This document shows, in pieces, positions 1-15,653 of a stretch of 64,000 nt of DNA (position 1 is its first letter; each line of letters opens with the position of its first letter). Under the pieces are notes generated by a model. That model worked only from the letters and a program-made list of their open reading frames with translations. It did not search any database and was not told the DNA's origin. Origin of the DNA: Octopus vulgaris. Taxonomy: Eukaryota. The translations under genes were made by a program, and so were the position numbers. The stretch covers positions 130,820,001-130,884,000 of the forward strand of contig OX597819.1 in NCBI GenBank assembly GCA_951406725.2, written 5' to 3'.

Positions 1-389
1 TGGGAAATAATTGAAGGAGTGAACAAACAAATAAATAAAGAAAGAAAATACTTGATGAATAGATGAAGGAGTGAAGGAGTGAATAAATAAAAAATGATAT
101 AATGAAAAAAACGGAGGAAGAGAGGAGAAAATCAAAGAGGATGAATAAATAATAAATGAATCGGTGAGTGAAGGAAAAAATGAATGATTATATTAAAAAA
201 TTATTGAACGAAATAATGAATGAATAAGTCAACGAGTGAATAAGTGAATAGGTGAATAAATAAGTATAAAAAGAATGAACGAAGAGGAAATGATTAAGTA
301 AATGATTGAATAATGAATGAATGACAGAATAAATAAATAAATGAATGAAAGAAGGAATGAATAAGAAAAAAGAATAACAACAAAATTTT

Positions 390-683
390 CTTCGGTAAGT
401 GTCTTCTGCTATAGCCCCGGGCCGACCAAAGCCTTGTGAATGGACTTGGTAGACGGAAACTGAAGGAAGCCCGTCGTATATATGTATATAAATGTATATA
501 TATGTGTGTGTGTATGTGTGTCTTTGTTTCTATGTTTGTCCCCCACAACTGCTTGACAACCGATGTTGGTGTGTTTACGTCCTCGTAAGTTAGCGGTTCG
601 AGAAAAGAGATGATAGGAAAAGTACCAGGTTTTAAATATGAGTCCCGGGGTCGATTCGTTCGGCTAAAATTCTTGAAAGCGGT
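390..683 (+). mobile_element. tRNA-derived SINE family A (CORE-like), 5'-truncated
   Basis: GTAAGTGTCTTCTGCTATAGCC...GGAAACTGAAGGAAGCCCGTCG body with internal TA/TG microsatellite; same sequence recurs at 987, 16753, 38515, 39441. Confidence 0.75.
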
Positions 684-986
684 AAAAGAATAAAAGAATA
701 AGTAAAGGTCTGAACGCATAAATGTTTAATGCGAATGAAAGAATGACAAACTGAATGGCGGAAAGAAGAAAAGAAGAAATAAATGAATGACTGAATGTGA
801 ATGAATGAATGAATGAATGAATGAAGAATATTCAATAAACGAATAAATGAAAAAGAAAATAGAATGAGTAATTAATCGAATGAATGAATGAACTGAATCG
901 AAAAATAATTGAAAAGATGAACGACGAAATGATTGGATGAGCGAATGAGTTTATAAACAAACAAACAAATAAATACTCTTTTACAG

Positions 987-1314
987 TTGACTGCGGCCAT
1001 GCTGGAGCACCGCCTTTAGTCGAGCAAATTGACTCCAGGACTTATTCTTTGTTTTTGCCCAGCAAACACACCAGCATCGGTTGTCAAGCAATGCTAGGGG
1101 GACAAACACAGACACACACATATACATACATATATATATATACATATATACGACGGGCTTCTTTCGGTTTCCGTCTACCAAATCCACTCAGAAGGCTTTG
1201 GTCGGCCCGAGGCTATAGTAGAAGACACTTGCCCAAGGTGCCACGCAGTGGAACTGAACCCGGAACTATGTGGTTGGTAAACAAGCTACTTACCACACAG
1301 CCACTCCTGCGCCT
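987..1314 (-). mobile_element. tRNA-derived SINE family A, near full length
   Basis: Minus strand begins AGGCGCAGGAGTGGCTGTGTGGTAAG (A-box-like), GGGTTCAGTTCC (B-box-like), then CACCTTGGGCAAG (CORE-like). Confidence 0.8.
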
Positions 1315-1399
1315 ATGAAATATTGAAATACATGAAATATTGAACGAATAAGTAATTAATTGAATGAGTTAATGAATGCATGAATATACAATTAAACTG

Positions 1400-1765
1400 T
1401 TATCTTTGGGGAAGCTACCATGTTGACTCACAAGATGATCTCTCTAGTTCACGAGAGACTTCCTTGCAGGATAGCAAAGACTTCCTGGTTACTTGCTAGA
1501 GGCTCCATTGTGGAGCACAAGAGGCTCTCCTTTATCGGCTTACTAGAGGCTTCCCTTGCTGGTTCGTTGAAATTCCTTGATTGACTCGTTAGAGTGTCTC
1601 CCTTTAGCTTGCTAGACGAGCCTCTGTTCGCTCATTAATGCCTTCCTTGTTGGCCCGCTTGGATCACTAGAGGCTATCTTGTTTGCTCGCAAAAGAGACC
1701 CCACCATAGGCTTATAGAGGCTCCATTTCTAGCGCTGCTCACTAGCGGGTCTCTCGTTGTCTTAT
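1400..1765. repeat. degenerate ~30-bp minisatellite (CTAGAGGCT core), resumes at ~3075-3190
   Basis: Recurrent ctagaggct/cttccttg motifs on both sides of the mariner remnant. Confidence 0.45.
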
Positions 1766-1766
1766 A

Positions 1767-3073
1767 TGAGGTGCTTTTCATAAGTTTTGAAACTTTTTTA
1801 AGAGAGGAACTTATAACTGTCGTAAGTTATTGTAATTTTAGTATATCACTGTTATACCTACAATAAGCTGACCTGCCAACTTTTGTTAGTCTAGATTGAA
1901 AGAGACGGTCGTAACAGCACTTTGAACATAGCCTACTAAACTCTGTTTGTCACAGCTGATTAGTTTGCAGAAAGCAGACGGGGCGAGCTGGCAGAAACGT
2001 TAGCACGCCGGGTGAAATACTTAGCGGTATTTCGTCTGCGTTACGTTCTGAGTTCAAATTCCGCCGAGATCGACTTTGCCTTTCATCCTTTCGGGGTCGA
2101 TTAAATAAGTACCAGTTACGCACTGGGGTCGATGTAATCGACTTAATCCGTGTGTCTGTCCTTGTTTGCCCTCTCTGTGTTTAGCCCCTTGTGGGTAGTA
2201 AAGAAATAGGTATTTTGTCTGCCGCTACGTTCTGAGTTCAAATTCCACCGAGTCGACTTTGCCTTTCATCTTTTCGGGGTCGATTAAATAAGTACCAGTT
2301 ACGCACTGGGGTCGATGTAATCGACTTAATCCGTTTGTCTGTCCTTGTTCGTCCCCTCAGTGTTTAGCCCCTTGTGAGCAATAAAGAAATAAGAAAGCAG
2401 ACGGGGCATGAAAAGATTTCGGAAGCTTGCTATATAATAAATTTTTGTATTAGATTGAGCCAAACGCATCAGAAACTCCAGACAGCTTATGGATTAATTT
2501 GTATGAGTTGAGCATCTGTATTTCGTAGGTACAAGGGGCCAGGCAATGCAAGTCCGCCGGGAACTCATGATGATCCCCTTTTTCGACAGCAAAGGCATCA
2601 CCTATATCCAATGGGTTCCCTCTGGCCAGACGGTCGATAAAGAGTACTTTTGAGGATTTTGAGGGAGTTCAGGAAGAGAATTCGTCACAAAAGGCCAGAG
2701 CATCTGCACCAGGACAATGCACCAGTCCACAGTCCCACAGTTCCACCCGGGTAACTAACTACTTGACAGAGATGGCCATCAAAACAGTCTCACACTTTTC
2801 CTGCAGTCCAGACTTGGCTTTCTGTGACTTTTGGTTGATTCCCAAGCTGAAGAAGAACTTCAGGGGCAGTCGTTTTGATGACATTGAAAGGCTGGAGACT
2901 GTAACAAGGGACACCTGGACACCTGGACACCTTCATCTTGGAGGGATCTATGGGGCCTTTACGAAGTGCGATGAAGTAAGAGGATTCAACTTTGAAGGTT
3001 AGAGTTTTATACTTCTTTGAAATTAATGAATGGCTTTCGTGAAAATGTCTCAAAAGCTCTGGAATACACTTCG
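1767..3073 (+). mobile_element. mariner transposon remnant interrupted by a SINE
   Basis: Broken transposase motifs HQDNAPVH and SPDLAFCDFWLIPKLK (2700-2860); degenerate inverted termini near 1767 and 3073. Confidence 0.75.
1982..2391 (+). mobile_element. tRNA-derived SINE family B, head plus two body units
   Basis: GGCGAGCTGGCAGAAACG head, GAGTTCAAATTCC B box twice; direct repeat AGAAAGCAGACGGGG at 1969-1983 and 2392-2406. Confidence 0.85.
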
Positions 3074-3322
3074 GAGAGCTTCTTTTTCTCGCTCAGTTCG
3101 CTAGACGCTCTCTGATTGGCTTCGTAGAAATTCTATCCTTGGCTTGTAGACGTTCCCGCTTAAGCTCACTAGACGCTCCATCCTTGCCTCCAACTACTAC
3201 TACATCTACAACTACTACTAATGCTACTACTATTACTACTGTTACTACTGCTACTACTGCTGAAGCTTCTACTACTGCTGCTGCTACCGCTGCTTGTTTG
3301 TTTGTTTGTTTGTTTGTTTGTT

Positions 3323-3704
3323 GAGCGAACGGTCTTCGTCCCAAAGCTCGCAAGATCGCGCCTCTGTTGTGGGAGAAGTCCGAAACGTAGTCCTTTGCTA
3401 TTCGTAAGACCCGCAGAAGAGAAAGCAGGTCAACCCCCGACACCGAGAGCATCGACGGATGAATGAATGCGCATCCAGGCTCAGCGGTTGCGTAGGAAGT
3501 CGGGGACAAGAAACAGGAAGAAAGAGTGAGAGAAAGTTGGAGCGAAAGAGTTCAACAGGGGTCGCCACCACCCCTTGCCGGAGCCTCGTGGAGCTTTAGG
3601 TGTTTTCGCTCAATAAACACTTACAACGCCCGGTCTGGGAATCGAAACCGCGATCCTCCGACCACGAGTCCGCTGCCCTAACCATTGGGCCATTACGCAT
3701 CCAC
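3323..3704 (-). mobile_element. tRNA-derived SINE family C
   Basis: Minus-strand head TGGCCCAATGGTTAGGGCAGCGGACTC...GGTTTCGATTCCC; near-identical copy at 55208-55593, partial at 26913-27170. Confidence 0.85.
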
Positions 3705-4201
3705 TGTTGTTTCTACTGCCTCTGCTGCTGCGGCAGTGGCGGCGGCGGCGGCTGTTATTGTTACTGTCACGTATTGTTTTTCTTCTTCCTCTTCTTATTT
3801 GTATTTCATTTTATTATTTTAACGCAAATTTTCAAATCTCTTGCAACCAGGTGATGCGTTTTATAAAAAGAACTTCCCAGTGGTGTCATTGATAGTGTTT
3901 CCCGTTCCTTTTCGTTGTATAGTGGCGATGATAATGGCGATGATTTTAGGGATTGGGTCAATGCGGCGATGGCGTTGTGGATGTCATGTTACATATGACC
4001 CTGACAGGGGAAGTAATCATGGTGAGACTGGTCGTGGTGGGTGTCGTCATCGTCGTTGTCGTCGTCCTCGTGTGGTGATGAAGTTACTAGAATGATCGTA
4101 ATTATGCAAATAGAAATGGTAATTTTGGTGGTGGTGGTGGTGCGAAGGTTATGTTAATGGTTGAAGATACTGATAATGCTGTCAGCAGCAGCATCAGCAT
4201 C

Positions 4202-4204
<3 letters not shown>

Positions 4205-4277
<73 letters not shown>

Positions 4278-4278
4278 A

Positions 4279-4316
<38 letters not shown>

Positions 4317-4317
4317 A

Positions 4318-4362
<45 letters not shown>

Positions 4363-4368
4363 CAGCAA

Positions 4369-4401
<33 letters not shown>

Positions 4402-4410
4402 TAGTAGTAG
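4205..4410. repeat. (AGT)n microsatellite
   Basis: Direct reading. Confidence 0.95.
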
Positions 4411-4831
4411 TATAGTTTCTGTGGTGACTGTGACGATGAGATGATAATAGCAACGGGAATTAACGGCGGTCTTGGGGGGGGGCGCTGAGGTCTGAGAGGA
4501 GATGGTACCGTGTTTGTTGATGTTGCTGATGAGGATGGTGGGGTTGATTGTTGTTCTGGGGTGGGAGTTTTCTCTGTGTGTATTTTGGGTTTCGTTTCGA
4601 TGCTTCTGATTGATAAGAAGGAAACGAAAGCAGTGCCATATTAGCAGTTAGACACAACATACTCGCCAAAATGGCAAGGAACGTCTCAGAGGCAATCTCT
4701 CATGGTTCCATGATATGCGCCGAGATTAACCAAAATAGTAACGTAACTATTAACTAAGTTTGAGGCGTTCAGTTTATGTATGAATGTTGTTGTTATTAGC
4801 ATTATCATCACCATTACTGTTGTTGTTTTTA

Positions 4832-5602
4832 TTATTTCTTAACTACCCACAAGGGGCTGAACATAGAGGGGACAAAAAAGGACAGACACATCAACCCCAG
4901 TGCGTAACTGGTACTTAATTTATCGACCCCGAAAGGATGAAGGGCAAAGTCGACCTCGGCGGAATTTGAACTCAGAACGTAACGGCATACGAAATACCTA
5001 TTTCTTTACTAACCACAAGGGGCTAAACACAGAGAGGACAAACAAGGACAGACAAACGGATTAAGTCAATTATATCGACCCAAGTGCGTAATTGGTACTT
5101 GATTTATCGACCCCTAAAGGATGAAGGGCAAAGTCGACCCCGGCGGAATTTGAACTCAGAACGTAACGACATACGAAATAAATACCTATTTCTTTACACC
5201 CACAAGGGGCTAAACATAGAGAGGACAAACAAGGACAGACAAACGGATTAAGTCGATTATATGGACCCCAGTGCGTAATTGGTACTTGATTTATCGACCC
5301 CTAAAGGATGAAGGGCAAAGTCGACCTCGGCGGAATTTGAACTCAGTGCGTAACTGCTGACGAAATACCTATTTCTTTACTAACCACAAGGGGCTAAACA
5401 CAGAGGGGACAAACAAGGATAGACAAACGGATTAAGTCGGTTATATCGACCCCAGTGCGTAACTGTTACTTAATTTATCGACCCCGAAAGGATGAAAGGC
5501 AAAGTCGACCTCGGCGGAATTTGAACTCAGAACGTAGCTGCTGACGAAATACCGCTAAGTATTTCGCCCGACGTGCTAACGTTTCTGCCAGCTCGCCGCC
5601 TT
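4832..5602 (-). mobile_element. SINE family B, head plus four tandem body units
   Basis: Four ~185-bp units joined at AAAGAAATA|GGTATTT; TTACTGTTGTTGTT at 4814-4827 and 5603-5616 as probable TSD. Confidence 0.85.
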
Positions 5603-5606
5603 TTAC

Positions 5607-5727
<121 letters not shown>

Positions 5728-6150
5728 GGCGTTGTTGTTGGCGTTGTTGTTGCAATATTTGTTCCGATTCTTTACATACTCGGTTCAAATTCTGTCGAGG
5801 TTAACTTCATCTTTCATCTATCCGGAGTTCGTATAAAGCATGGGCGTCGGTAGTATCGGCTAACCCCACCATTCTACCCCTTAAATATTGCTGACCTTTT
5901 GCCTGAATAAGAAAGCAATTTTGTTTGTTTTTTTCAAGTGGCCAGTCAAGTGAATCGTTACTTACGCCGCACAAAATTGCTAAGCAGCATTTATTCCGTC
6001 TTTATGCTTTGAGTTCAAATTCCACTGAGGTTAACCGTGTCTTTCATATTTTCGGGGTCGAAAAATTAAATACCAGTGGAACACTGGGGTCCACGAAATC
6101 CACTAGTCCCCTCCCACAAAATGTCAGGCCTTGCGCCTGTAGTAGAAAGG

Positions 6151-6198
<48 letters not shown>

Positions 6199-6389
6199 GA
6201 AACAAAGCTCAGGTTATTTGGTTGTATCGTCCGTTAACGTTTTTCTTTTTTTTTAATTGTAATTGATGTCTGATTGAATAGTTAACGCTCACGCTCATAA
6301 TACGTAGAGCCGTCCTTTCACACTGAATTTCGTCTATCATTAAACCGGGACCCTGAAGTGACTTCTATATAAGGAAACTGTTATTGTGT

Positions 6390-6745
6390 ATTAGAAATAT
6401 TAAAATTACTAAGTCTCTCTAAAGGAGATTACGACAGCGTTACTGGAAATTAATAGTTATCGCCATACTAATATGGCAGTCTTATAAATATATGACTAAA
6501 GCTGTCGCTGATTAGCTCCATGAGGCCATCGCCTTAAGCTAGCTATTTGACACACAAACTGCGTCCATTATAAACCTTCGAACAGGCAGGATGAAGCGGC
6601 TGACCTCCCTTGTTCGAAGGTCTATAATGGACGCAGTTTGTGTGTCAAATAGCTAGCTTAAGGCGATGGCCTCATGGAGCTAATCAGCGACAGCTTTAGT
6701 CTTATGTTTATAAGACTGCCATATTAGTATGGCGATAACTATTAA
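6390..6745. mobile_element. foldback insertion, diverged truncated relative of the 362-bp hammerhead element
   Basis: ~130-bp inverted arms (6453-6585 and 6610-6743) homologous to 18108-18245; GTTATTGTGT direct repeat at 6380-6389 and 6746-6755. Confidence 0.8.
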
Positions 6746-8399
6746 GTTATTGTGTCTGTATATCAGAAAATCTATATAATCAATATTTGTGTTTGCTCCA
6801 ATTTGATCGAATTTCATTACATTTTGACTGCTATTTATTCGAGTATTTTGGAAGTTTACTTAAAAAGAGAAATAAAATAAAATTAGAACAGAATGGCGAA
6901 AGATGCAGAAAGCTGTTTTCACTAAAGTTAAATTAGTGTCAACACATTTGATGGAAGTGGCCTTAAAAATCTAACAAGGAATAATTATATACTAAATTAA
7001 TTATTTCGCGAAACGCGGTAAAACAACGCCGGACAGGACCCGCTCTTATTATGAGTTCACCAGCGTTATATAATATTCCTCTGAGTTGTAGGAGTAGTGA
7101 TGGAATTACCACTAAGTAAATATACAAGATTGTACATGCCTTACTGTAGGAAAATAGAATTGTTTAGAAGACTAAATATTTCAGAGACGACATCCGCGTG
7201 AAAAACAATAGCTAAGTTTGTGTTAACATCTTTTAATGCATTGAGCATTAAAAAGCTAACTAGAAGTAATTGTTATAAATCTACCTACTTTAATTTGCCA
7301 TTAGACAGAACAATACCTGAATGGTGGGGGGGAGAAGAATATGCGTCTGTGTGCGCATGGGAATGTGTGTTTCGTAAGTTTTAGATTATTGATGTCATTG
7401 TTGTACGCGATGGCGCAATGTCGATGATTGTGGAGGGACTCTGGTTATACTGTTCGATTCTGTGATTATTACTGTTGTTTATTTTGTTGTGGTTGTTGTT
7501 GTTTTTGTGCTTGTTTAATCCTGAGTCAGCTTTGGCCGTACAGGGCTATGATTAAAGACGATGTGCTGCTTTCTCTGTAACCAGAACTACATTATCAAAT
7601 TGGGTCGTGTGTTCTTCCACCACTTGTAGAATCGGCTGATGGGGAAATTCATCAGATGCCAACACCCACTGAAAGATCTTGGGACGCTGTCGCTGATGAT
7701 GCGCAAGCAAACACTGCACCTAACATATCTGCAGAGATTTGCGAACAAAGACAACGATTAAGAGATTGCCATCACCGTTCGTGCGACATACTCTCCTTGC
7801 AGCTTGTCTTTGACAGATGTGTAAACCTGGAAATCGAGAGAGAGTCTTTGTCATCTGGATTGCAGCTAGAGGTCCATTGCATTCTGCAAGCTGGACCATG
7901 TGGTTGGTGGAAAGTCAGTTCTCGCGTCTAGTGATAATGGTTTCTCCTGAGTCTACCGCAAAGACTGAACTACAGTCTTCGTTTGAGAGCGAAGAGCGAG
8001 AAGTTGGAAGGCGGACGCTGTCGAAAGCTCGTGAACAGATTTTACCTCTCAGAACAAGCCCTCATCAAATTCTTCAAGTATCATTTGAGGGAGAATATAA
8101 GGGAAGATAACAAGAAGCTGTCCATCACTAAATATTACGAAAGATAAGTAAGAGTCGCAAAACTGACGCGGCTAAATGGGTTCACTTTAAAAACGCGGCT
8201 TGTAGGCTTGTGTCAAGAACTGGGTTTGCTGTTGTTGAGTCATGGTAACCAGGTCTGTGTTTGGGTGCTTCGAATCACTCTATGTGGTTGCTCCCGCACG
8301 TTAAGGATTCTTTACCCATTCTTGTTTGTCTTGCACTGTTTATTTATAAGAGTCACAATCGTTTGTGCATCGGACAAAGGCCTCTCCGACATTTCTTCT

Positions 8400-8760
8400 G
8401 ATTCTTTACGTTCTGAGTTCAAATTCCACTGAAATAAACATGGCCTTTAATCTTTTCGGAGTCGACAAAATAAGTACCTATTTCTTTATTACCCACAAGG
8501 GGCTAAACACAGAGGGGACAAACAAGGACAGACATAGGTATTAAGTCGATTACATCGACCCCAGTGCGTAACTGGTACTTAATTTATCGACCCCGAAAGG
8601 ATGAAAGGCAAAGTCGACCTCGGCGGAATTTGAACTCAAAACGTAACGCAGACGAAATACCGCTAAGCATTTCGCCCGGCGTAAGTACCAGTTGAGTACT
8701 GAGGTGGACGTAATTGACTTACTACTCCTAAAATTGCTGGGCTTCTGCCAAAATTTGAAC
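8400..8760. mobile_element. SINE B (minus, ~8479-8680) nested in an older plus-strand SINE B copy
   Basis: Host SINE split at TAAGTACC, which is duplicated on both sides of the inverted inner copy. Confidence 0.7.
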
Positions 8761-8799
<39 letters not shown>

Positions 8800-8814
8800 T
8801 ATTATTATTATTAT

Positions 8815-9154
8815 TCAGTAGCCTTATTTTTATCACATGATTTCACTTCACTACCGAGCGCAGCTCTGTGTGCCTTGGGTATGTGCTGTGATTTGTTGCG
8901 ATGCTCTTATTTTTATTGTATTGAAAGTGTTTTACGTAGGATGTGTGCAGTGCCTAGTAGTGCCATTTTCTGTATGTTATATATACTTGTTAGTCCTGAT
9001 GTTTTTATTATATATTTGTCTGAATATTTTTTATCATACCTAATGGGCCTACTATGATAGGAATTGTTTCTATTTTTTTTACTCCACATTCGAGTTACCT
9101 CTATTTCCAGATCTTTTGGACACCACATTCGAATTTTTTAACTCCACATTCGAG

Positions 9155-9238
<84 letters not shown>

Positions 9239-10560
9239 CATTATTATTATTGTCTTTATTTTCCGATTGATTTGCATTATATTTCATTTTCCGACCGAGT
9301 CTCAACCAGAAAGAAACTTCCTGCGAAGGTAGACGATTGATGTCAGCACAGTTTTTGAGCCCCGTAGATTGTTAGGTTCCCTGGGATCTGGTCAAAACAA
9401 TTGTCGGCACCTATCTTGATCATTCCCAGGGCACCCACAATAACGGGGATGGTTTTGGTTTTCACTTTCTACATCCTGTATATCTCAATCTCAAGCTCCT
9501 TGTATGTCGGTAGTTTTTCAAATTTATTTGCTGAATCGTTTCTATCGGGCTCTGTCATATCAATTAAAAGGTATGCTTTTGTCAAACGCCTTTGATAACA
9601 ATGTCTGATGTGTTAGTATTTATTTGCCTGTCTGTATATATCCCATGATTCCATAGGAGAGTAACATACTCTCCCTCAGTGACTGGTTCTGGATTGTGTT
9701 CATACCAGTTCTTCGGATGCGGGTTGTAATAGTGACGGTATATGCTGGCAGAAACGTTAGCACGCCGGGTGAAATGCTTAGCGGTATTTTGTCTGCCGTT
9801 ACGTTGTGAGTTCAAATTCCGCCGAGGTTGACTTTGCCTTTCATCCTCTCGGGGTCGATAAATTAAGTACCAGTTACGCACTGAGGTCGATGTAATCGAT
9901 GTAATCCGTTTGTCTGTCCTTGTTTGTCCCCTCTGTGTTTAGCCCCTTGTGGGCAATAAAGAAATAGGTATATGCTCCAGTGCAAGAATTGGCCAACTCG
10001 ATCATTGATGGTTTTATATTATGTAGGAGAAAGGACTGAGCAACCGGCCACAATGTGCTTAATGCTCTCAAGTTTGTCATTGCTGACTCTACACGTTGTA
10101 TCTACCTCATTATGCGTGACATTAGCACAACGGTTGAGGAGACTCTGATCTTGTGCTGCTAGGATACATCCTTCTACTTCGGCTTTCAAACTAGTACTCT
10201 GCAACCACTGATGGGTTCTTCTTGTATCTACATCAGCCTCCCCAGCTCGTTTGGGATATTGCCCATGCAATTGATTTTCTTGTCACAGTTTCGAAATGTC
10301 CTTCCAGCTTGCCTGTTCGGCTTTGTCTTACCCTTTTACGCTGCCTCAGTGGGTGGCCTGCCCTCATTACCATCAGCATAATCAGGAAGATTAAGTTCTG
10401 ACACTTTTGATTTCCCTGGTATTTGGCCAGAATTTTTAACAGGGATATTCGCTATTGTCCCCAAAGCTCCGTTATTAAAAGATACGGTTCTTGTTCCTAC
10501 ATGCCACGTTTTCAAAACTCCTCTTAGGAGGACTTTGTAGTCATCATCCTTTTCTACTCT
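8815..10560 (-). mobile_element. R4/Dong-type (RLE) non-LTR retrotransposon fragments
   Basis: MHGQY...LAAQDQSL...CR...ESIKHIVAGCSVL and C-terminal IQKMALLGTAHILRKTL; ends in (TAA)n; interrupted by SINE B at 9747-9966 (TSD GGTATATGCT). Confidence 0.8.
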
Positions 10561-10565
10561 ACGCA

Positions 10566-10941
10566 CAAGGCCCGAAATTTTGAAGGAGGGGACCAGTCGA
10601 TTATATCGACCCCAGTACGCAACTGGTACTTAATTTATCGACCTCGAAAGGATGAAAGGCAAAGTCGATCTCGGCGGAATTTGAACTCAGAACGTAACGG
10701 CAGACGAAATACCTGTTTCTTTACTACCCACAAGGGGCTAAACACAGAGGGGACAAACAAGGAAAGACAAACGGATTAAGTCGATTATATCTACCCCAGT
10801 GCGTCACTGGTACTTAATTTATCGACCCCGAAAGGATGAAAGGCAAAGTCGACCTCAGCGAAATTTGAACTCAAAACGTAACAGCAGACGAAATACGGCT
10901 ACGCATTTCGCTCGACGTGCTAACGTTTCTGCCAGCTCGCC
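10566..10941 (-). mobile_element. SINE family B dimer
   Basis: Two B-box/body units and a head ending at GCCAGCTCGCC. Confidence 0.8.
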
Positions 10942-10998
10942 TTTGTATTCATCATCATTATCATCATCATCATTACTACAACTACTACTACCACTGCA

Positions 10999-11093
<95 letters not shown>

Positions 11094-11659
11094 TACTATT
11101 ACTATTATCATTATTATTACGTATTAATGTATCAATATGGTTACAGTTGATCTCACCTCTATAATCGATGTAAATTCCGCCCCTGTTTCTCCATTGATCC
11201 TTCGCCTTTGTCCGTCCGTGCACCCCACGCCCGAGGAGTGAGGCCCTTGTGGCCAATAAGCGAAATTTCCATTCGTATCATTTCATTGTTACCGCTTCTT
11301 ACGTTAAGTACTTGCAATTTCCTTTTTCCATTTTTCTTCTCCTTCTTCTTCTTCTTCTCGTCCTTCTTCCTTCTTATCCTTATTATTACCTGTAGCTGCA
11401 TTGTTGTTGCTGCTGGTGTTACTACAGCTGCTGCAATTGTTATCGTTGTCCTTTCATAATGCATGCAATAATTGCAAGTTTTACTATGTTATTAGTTTCA
11501 TAGCTGTTTATTTGCATGCTAGATCTTTCTTTCTTTCATTTTTTTTCTTTTTGTTTCTTACACATTTATTTCGTAATTGCTTTACTCTGTGGTCGCCGTC
11601 AATCAGGTTTAATGGCGCCAGTTTACGCTTGTTATGGATATTACGCGAAATATATACTT

Positions 11660-13970
<2,311 letters not shown>

Positions 13971-13976
13971 GAACAA

Positions 13977-14830
13977 TGCCATAGTAACGAAGCTAAAATA
14001 CGTAAAGTGAAGCCGCTTGGCAAAGATTGACCTTGAACTCTGCTGTGCATGCGCACTAAGTTTTAGCGTTCTGGTTCACCTCCGCTGTTTACAGCAGTGC
14101 TTGGAAGGAACGTGTGTAGTGTGTGATTATCGCATTGACCATGACGATGAAAGCTGAACAGAGAATCTGGATAAAGTTTTGCCAAAAGATTGGCGATCCC
14201 TGCTCAAAGGCCAATGCAAAGCTATCAAAAAGTTCATCGTCCTCGACTCAATCAAGGAGATCTTGTGCAACTGAAATCCTATCGGCTTTTCGGTCAGCTG
14301 AAAGCAGTTTTGGCACAAACTTGGTAGACACATGTCTCATACCCAAATCTTCAGTGATAATGGACTGAACTGAACCGTAACTAATCTGCACATTCTCTGA
14401 TAACTCACAGATGGGGATTCGGCGATTTCCCCTCACAGCTGCACATACATCTACGATGTTTTTCTCAGTTCTACTGGCTGCGGGCCTCCCAGAACGTTCG
14501 TCACAATCGACATTTTTTCGGATATCTGAGCCACTCGTACACTTGTGTGCGACTCATACACTCCTCTCCATACTCTTTCTACAACTTTGCGTAGGACTCT
14601 GAGCAGGTATCGCCAGGACAACCTTTTCTGTCATGGTCAATGCGACGGTCACACGTTACACATGTTACTTCCAAGCACTTCTGTATACAGGGAAAGTAAG
14701 CTAGAACGTTAAAACTCAATGTGCATGTACAGCAGAGGTCAAGATTAATCTTTGCCAAGCGGCTTCACTCTACATGCTTTGGCTTCTTTACTATGGCAAC
14801 AGTCCGGATACTTATTCATCAGACCTCGTA
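13977..14830. mobile_element. mariner foldback derivative made of two inverted 5' halves
   Basis: 13977-14230 is the reverse complement of ~14575-14800; minus-strand transposase N-terminus ICELSENVQISYGSVQSIITEDLGMRHVSTKFVPKLL; terminus TACGAGGTCTGATGAATAAGTATCCGGA on minus. Confidence 0.8.
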
Positions 14831-15210
14831 TATGTGTGTGTGTGTATTTATGTAAATATGCATATACGTTTTTATCGAGGTTTGTGTCCATATTTTCATG
14901 TGAGTTCCTTACAGTTTGATCTTGGAGCATTAAAGTAAATCTATCATCGTTTCTCAACCTTTCATAGTCACATCTTCCGAATGAAGTGATGTTGGATAAT
15001 GTTGCTGCTTCTTAATTATATGCAGGGCCAATGAGATTGGAATTTGGATTTTGACCGTTCGATTTATATCAGCAATCAGATGTGTATTTATTTAATATTA
15101 TTTTATTTTTGTGACTCCTGAATGTAGCCTGAGTGTTTAGTGTTGCATTGTGTTGTTATGAGAACTGCTCGCATCATCAGTTGTCTACTTTGCAGGGGAA
15201 TTCTATTGCG

Positions 15211-15446
15211 TAGCGGTTCTTAACTGGGATCCATATATGGCCTTTGGTGCTCCAAATAAGATTTTGTTGTTAGAATTTATAAGCAATACACAAAATATTT
15301 TTATTTTTCTATGCAGTTTCTTATAATATATAACTATAAAAATTTACTATGATTTTTCAAAAAAACGTTGAATTGTTAGGAGGGTTCGTCCAAGTAAAAT
15401 AGGAACCAAAAGGAGCCATAGGTGAAAAAAGGGTTGAGAAACACTG
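15211..15446 (+). mobile_element. hAT/Charlie-like MITE; related inverted copy at ~23802-24056
   Basis: Termini TAGCGGTTCTTAAC and GTTGAGAAACACTG resemble CAGTGGTTCTCAAC-type TIRs. Confidence 0.55.
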
Positions 15447-15653
15447 CTGTAGACTATGGATGTGTTGTCTACGAATGTTTTCTTATCTGGTTTTGTTTTG
15501 CAATTGTTCCTTCTTGTAGGAATAAAGTGACCCGATGGGAGAGTGTCGTACTTGTATGGTAATTATAACATCGAGAAGTTATAAAGTTTGCGGTAGGTTG
15601 TGGGATCATGAGTAGCTTGTTCGCAGATTTACAAGCTCATAGGTTATTACTTA

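Noticed and set aside
3625-3704. tRNA gene in SINE heads (also ~1240-1314, ~55515-55593)
   Set aside because: A/B boxes are present but there is no complete cloverleaf, and each continues into a repeated SINE body
4832-5602. CRISPR-like repeat array
   Set aside because: Whole ~185-bp units repeat with no unique spacers; eukaryotic SINE multimer
7600-8110. Overlapping ORFs in a moderately GC-rich island
   Set aside because: No recognisable domain; stops in the plausible frames; possibly a decayed LINE piece but not assignable
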